Shown one piece after another: positions 38,201 to 41,513 of a stretch of 41,513 bases of DNA; position 1 is the first letter of the stretch; every line of letters starts with the position of its first letter. The DNA is from an archaeon. Lineage in GTDB: Archaea; Iainarchaeota; Iainarchaeia; Iainarchaeales; 0-14-0-20-34-12. The translations under genes were made by a program, and so were the position numbers. The notes below the pieces were generated by a model. The model had not been told where the DNA came from. It searched no databases and was given only the letters and a program-made list of their open reading frames with translations. The stretch spans positions 1 through 41,513 of the forward strand of contig JBBSVU010000013.1 of the NCBI GenBank assembly GCA_038046645.1. The letters are read 5' to 3'.

Positions 38201-39022
38201 CTAACCTACTTTTGCAGGGTATGTTTTAAAAACCTCAATATTAAGGATTTCTTCCTTGCTTGTCTGGGTTGCATCAAAGCCTACTTTAAAATAATTGGGG
38301 GAATCAAACTTTATTGATTTTATTCCAGCTAGTTTTTTAAGTTCACTGGATATCAATACGGCATGCCCCGGGCAGGGAATATCTACCCTAAGAGTTATTT
38401 CTGACAGCGCTGGCACAGCAATTTTATTTTCTTTTGCTAGAGCTACTGTTCCGCTGTTAACAGTATCTGTGCTGAAATTTGCAGTCATAGGGAATATGAC
38501 AAACATGAACAATAGGCTAATTCCAATTGTTGAGCCATACATTGCAGCAAGGTATCCTTTCTTTCTTTTTATCCCTTCCCAAGACAGCAGCCCATATTTA
38601 TTTAAGTATATTATTGAGGATAAGGTTGCAAACACAAGTGAAATCCCTATCAGTATATAAAAAAACCACGGATTAAGGAGCAACGGCTTGAACAATTCAC
38701 AAGCAACAGTTACACCCAGTACTGAAGCTGCTATAAATCCGATACAGCCCACATGTGGCAGAAGGCCGTAGATTAGGCCTTGTTTTAGTGTGCTTTTTTT
38801 AAGGGCCATGGAATTTTTTACAGTATACTCTGCATTATGTATTTCTTCTTCAATTCTTTTTCTTGATATTTTATCAGAATCAAATATTATATTTGCATTT
38901 TCTTTCTCAAAGCTTGCTGTTACTTTCTCAATGCCTTCTAACTTTGAAACCCTATCTTCGATTATCTTTTCGCAGCTCTTGCAGTGCATCCCCTTTATCC
39001 CAATAACAATTGTACTTTTCAT
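38201..39022 (-). CDS. heavy-metal-associated (HMA) domain + 3-TM + variant HMA-like domain protein
   Basis: GMHCKSC N-terminal HMA; TM1 LLPHVGCIG; C-terminal ITLRVDIPCPGHA domain. Confidence 0.85.
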   Translation of the reverse strand: MKSTIVIGIKGMHCKSCEKIIEDRVSKLEGIEKVTASFEKENANIIFDSDKISRKRIEEEIHNAEYTVKNSMALKKSTLKQGLIYGLLPHVGCIGFIAASVLGVTVACELFKPLLLNPWFFYILIGISLVFATLSSIIYLNKYGLLSWEGIKRKKGYLAAMYGSTIGISLLFMFVIFPMTANFSTDTVNSGTVALAKENKIAVPALSEITLRVDIPCPGHAVLISSELKKLAGIKSIKFDSPNYFKVGFDATQTSKEEILNIEVFKTYPAKVG

Positions 39023-39079
39023 TTTTTCCCCTAAATAATCTGAAACTTACTTTTTGTTAAATTAGATTTATGTTAAAAG

Positions 39080-39256
39080 CGCCCTGACCGGGAGTCGGAC
39101 CCGAACCGCAGCCTCGCAGCAAGCCAACAAAAAAGAATCTGCCTTATCTTTTAAATATTCATTTTTTCTTTTTTGAACCCAAGGGCCTTTTTTCTTTTAG
39201 AAAAAGAAAAAAGGGGCTTCGACAGGGCCGCATCCTAGCCGTTAGACTATCAGGGC
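39080..39256 (-). tRNA. trnD: tRNA-Asp(GTC) with 105-nt intron at 37/38 (exon 1 39256-39220, exon 2 39114-39080)
   Basis: Acceptor GCCCTGA/TCAGGGC + G73; anticodon stem CGGCC/GGCTG with loop CT-GTC-G|A; T stem TCGGG/CCCGG; CCA not encoded. Confidence 0.9.
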
Positions 39257-39355
39257 TTTTACAAGGGATACCTTATTTGCAGATATCACCTATCATTTAA
39301 CTATTAGTTAATCTAAAATAAGTTTTATAAATCATTTGCTGGGCTAAATTGCAAG

Positions 39356-39877
39356 TTATTCTTTGCAGCAGTCTATAATGCCCTTAAGATATGCTGAGAT
39401 TTTATTTTTTGGCTTGTTTATATTCTCATTGCCGGAATCTTTGCTTGTAATTTCGCTGTTCGCATATGTTGCTTTTTTCTCATTTTTATTTATATTCAGC
39501 TGCCAGAAATGGAAGTACAATTCAAAGGCTTTGGCATATATATCTTGCGCTTTAGCATAATCTTTCCCATAATACTTATTCCCAACCTCAATAAGCCTCA
39601 TGCTGGCAGCAAGCAGATGCTTGCTTGTGCACCATACCTCTCCTTCAGGTTCCTTTACTATTTCCTTCAGAAGATTCTTCCGTATCTCTCTTGCTGTCTG
39701 CAATGTCTCAAGATATTCGTTCTTGCCGGTTTTCATTGCAGTAAAATAAAGGTGCTCTTCAATGCTGATTAGATTCATCAATGCTATGCTTAAATCCTCA
39801 TCCAAAGAAAGGTCAAAGCCTTCCTTGTTTTTTATTTCATTTACTTTTTTTATTAAATCGCTCACTTGTTTTTCCAT
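39356..39877 (-). CDS. helical hypothetical protein with putative metal ligands
   Basis: DEDLSIALMNLISIEEH, EVWCTSKHLLAAS, C-terminal IDCCKE; SD-like GAGTGA. Confidence 0.8.
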   Translation of the reverse strand: MEKQVSDLIKKVNEIKNKEGFDLSLDEDLSIALMNLISIEEHLYFTAMKTGKNEYLETLQTAREIRKNLLKEIVKEPEGEVWCTSKHLLAASMRLIEVGNKYYGKDYAKAQDIYAKAFELYFHFWQLNINKNEKKATYANSEITSKDSGNENINKPKNKISAYLKGIIDCCKE

Positions 39878-39891
39878 TTTACATCACTCAA

Positions 39892-40419
39892 TTATTTTAC
39901 AAACATCATGCTTATGCTTGCAATTATCAAAACCAGAACTATAAGTACAATTGTCTGGAAAGGAAACAAGACTTTATTCTTATTCAATTCCTTAATTTTC
40001 TTGCTCACAATTGGCATTGCATAGGTTAATACGCTTCCAACAATTATCCCTAGCAACAAGCGGTCTATTCCAAAGGCTTTTGCATATGTTCCATTCATTA
40101 ATCCAGCAGCATAAAATGAACCAGTGGTTAGTATGAATGCAGTTATTGACATCAATGGTGCTTGAAAAGGAATAAAGCGTTTCTTTAGTGCATTGTTTGC
40201 CCATACTGCTGTTGATATAATAAAAGCGCCTATCCATACCCCCATAATGGCATCATCAAAACCATATACCCTTGTTGTAACTAAACCAACACCTACTGCA
40301 GCAGTGCATATTGGGCAGTGCGCATGTACGGGCATTGTGTTAAATATGCCAAATATGATTGTGCTCAATACTGCTACAATCCTATTATGTATGTTAAAAA
40401 TTTTATTGAATATTTCCAT
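39892..40419 (-). CDS. membrane protein with HCxxC motif
   Basis: ..VHAHCPICTAAVGVGL after a signal-like segment, then about four TM helices; SD AGGTGA. Confidence 0.8.
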   Translation of the reverse strand: MEIFNKIFNIHNRIVAVLSTIIFGIFNTMPVHAHCPICTAAVGVGLVTTRVYGFDDAIMGVWIGAFIISTAVWANNALKKRFIPFQAPLMSITAFILTTGSFYAAGLMNGTYAKAFGIDRLLLGIIVGSVLTYAMPIVSKKIKELNKNKVLFPFQTIVLIVLVLIIASISMMFVK

Positions 40420-40444
40420 TTTTTCACCTTATTATTTTCACCTT

Positions 40445-40478
40445 AAAATATAAAAAGAGCAGGCAATTTTGCCTGCTC
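40445..40478 (-). terminator. hairpin plus T-tract downstream of Met/His-rich gene
   Basis: gagcaggcaa-tt-ttgcctgctc 40457-40478, followed on the minus strand by tttttatatttt. Confidence 0.55.
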
Positions 40479-40495
40479 CTATACGAGATAGGCAT

Positions 40496-40789
40496 TTATT
40501 GCATCATTCCCTTCATATGATTCATATTATTGCCTGACATCATTCCCATCTGTTTCTGGCATTGCTCATGCATTGCTTTCATACCTTGTGCATTCATATT
40601 TTTGTGATGTTCTTTCATCATGCCTTGCATTTTTTGATTAGAAGACATCATGCTATGCATGCTCATCATTGACCCAATATCTATTTGGTTTCCTTTTATG
40701 CTGCTGCTTTTTTGATTAATGTAGTGTGCAGATACGCCTGCAATAATCAAGATAAAAACAGCAGCCAGTACAGCTATTTTATAGTTCAT
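40496..40789 (-). CDS. small exported Met/His-rich protein (putative Cu/Ag binder)
   Basis: Signal peptide ..GVSA|H; MMSMHSMM, MMKEHH, MHEQC, MNHMKGMM. Confidence 0.8.
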   Translation of the reverse strand: MNYKIAVLAAVFILIIAGVSAHYINQKSSSIKGNQIDIGSMMSMHSMMSSNQKMQGMMKEHHKNMNAQGMKAMHEQCQKQMGMMSGNNMNHMKGMMQ

Positions 40790-40790
40790 C

Positions 40791-41024
40791 TTAACAACCC
40801 CCTACTTGCGAAGGAAGATTATTTACTGCGCTTGAAGCGCTTGATGTTTCCTGCCCTGAATGATGATCGCTCATGTCAGAGCTGCTTGTGTTTGCCGTAA
40901 CCGTACTTGCGCTCGCATAGCCTGTCTGGATATTTGTATTTGGGTTTGGCAGCAAAACAAAAAATGCTGAAAATACCAAAAGCCCAATTATTGCTATTCC
41001 TGCTATTGCAATTTTTGCATTCAT
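40791..41024 (-). CDS. small membrane-anchored protein ending LPSQVGGC
   Basis: ATG 41024 one nt after the upstream stop; N-terminal TM, Ser/Thr-rich linker with DMSDHH, C-terminal LPSQVGGC (track start 41075 overlaps the upstream gene). Confidence 0.8.
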   Translation of the reverse strand: MNAKIAIAGIAIIGLLVFSAFFVLLPNPNTNIQTGYASASTVTANTSSSDMSDHHSGQETSSASSAVNNLPSQVGGC

Positions 41025-41025
41025 T

Positions 41026-41513
41026 TTAACAACCCCCAACCTGTGAAGGCAACTCAATGGCTGCGCTTCCCCCACTTTGTACTGCTTTCAATTTTAGGGC
41101 TTTATTTACTGTTTCTTTAGGGAAGAATACTGCCTTCCAGTCATTTGCTGCTTTCAATATTGCATCATCTGACCAGTCTGCATGGTTTTGTATAAGGTAT
41201 TTTATTAAACCACGCATTGCGTAGCTATGTTCACAACCACATGCCGGCTCACCACTTGGTGTAACCAAGGTTGTGGCACCGCAACAATATTCACATGCTG
41301 TTTGTGATGCAATGCTTACATATCTTTGCAATTCATCTCCCTGCAATGTTACTGTTTTATCTATGTTTGACATAGGTGCAATACTTTCTGCAGCTTTGTC
41401 AAAGCTTATCCCTAATTCAGCGCCATATATTGCAGGCACTCCTGTTGGAATAACTTCTTCAATCGTTTGTGCAATTAATTTATCATTAGATGCAGCAGCA
41501 GTTACATTGCCTG
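41026..41513 (-). CDS. 5'-truncated Cys-rich protein (CEYCC / CGCEH) ending LPSQVGGC
   Basis: Frame open to the window edge (..GNVTAAASNDKLIAQTIEEVIPTGVPAIYG..); ACEYCCG, ACGCEHSYAMRGL, WKAVFFP. Confidence 0.8.
   Translation of the reverse strand, partial: GNVTAAASNDKLIAQTIEEVIPTGVPAIYGAELGISFDKAAESIAPMSNIDKTVTLQGDELQRYVSIASQTACEYCCGATTLVTPSGEPACGCEHSYAMRGLIKYLIQNHADWSDDAILKAANDWKAVFFPKETVNKALKLKAVQSGGSAAIELPSQVGGC

Noticed and set aside
39080..39256. tRNA as integration site of a genomic island
   Set aside because: No duplicated tRNA end and no integrase seen in the window; related metal genes lie on both sides.
40791..41030. Selenocysteine readthrough after GGC (TrxR-like GCUG)
   Set aside because: Both stops are TAA, not TGA.

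Overview
AT-rich archaeal chromosome segment, by inference from a DPANN archaeon (Iainarchaeota/Diapherotrites-like). The basis is split RpoA and RpoB, archaeal NusA/L30e/S12/S7/EF-2, many large Cys-rich and D-x-N-rich exported proteins, and pyrDK. Contents: (1) the conserved rpoH-B''-B'-A'-A''-L30e-nusA-S12-S7-EF2 operon on the minus strand; (2) two paralogous exported fibre-like proteins built from D-x-N repeats (<1..1013 and 18724..21402), the second preceded by a 20-bp-phased motif array; (3) two large membrane-anchored surface proteins sharing a domain; (4) housekeeping and transport genes (MscS, THUMP-less ThiI, kinase-dCMP deaminase fusion, pyrD/pyrK, SAM methyltransferase, CPA2 antiporter, NRAMP-type transporter plus MgtE-like cytosolic protein, YgiQ radical SAM, SSB, and a 50-aa Zn-finger gene missing from the ORF track); (5) a tRNA-Asp(GTC) with a 105-nt structured intron, lying inside (6) a Cys/His/Met-rich putative metal-handling cluster in which two adjacent genes encode the same C-terminal tag LPSQVGGC. 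The best candidates for an undescribed system are the VGGC-tag metal/thiol cluster and the mosaic D-x-N fibre family. I found no CRISPR array, transposase, integrase or reverse transcriptase. Family assignments come from motif recognition by eye, not database searches.
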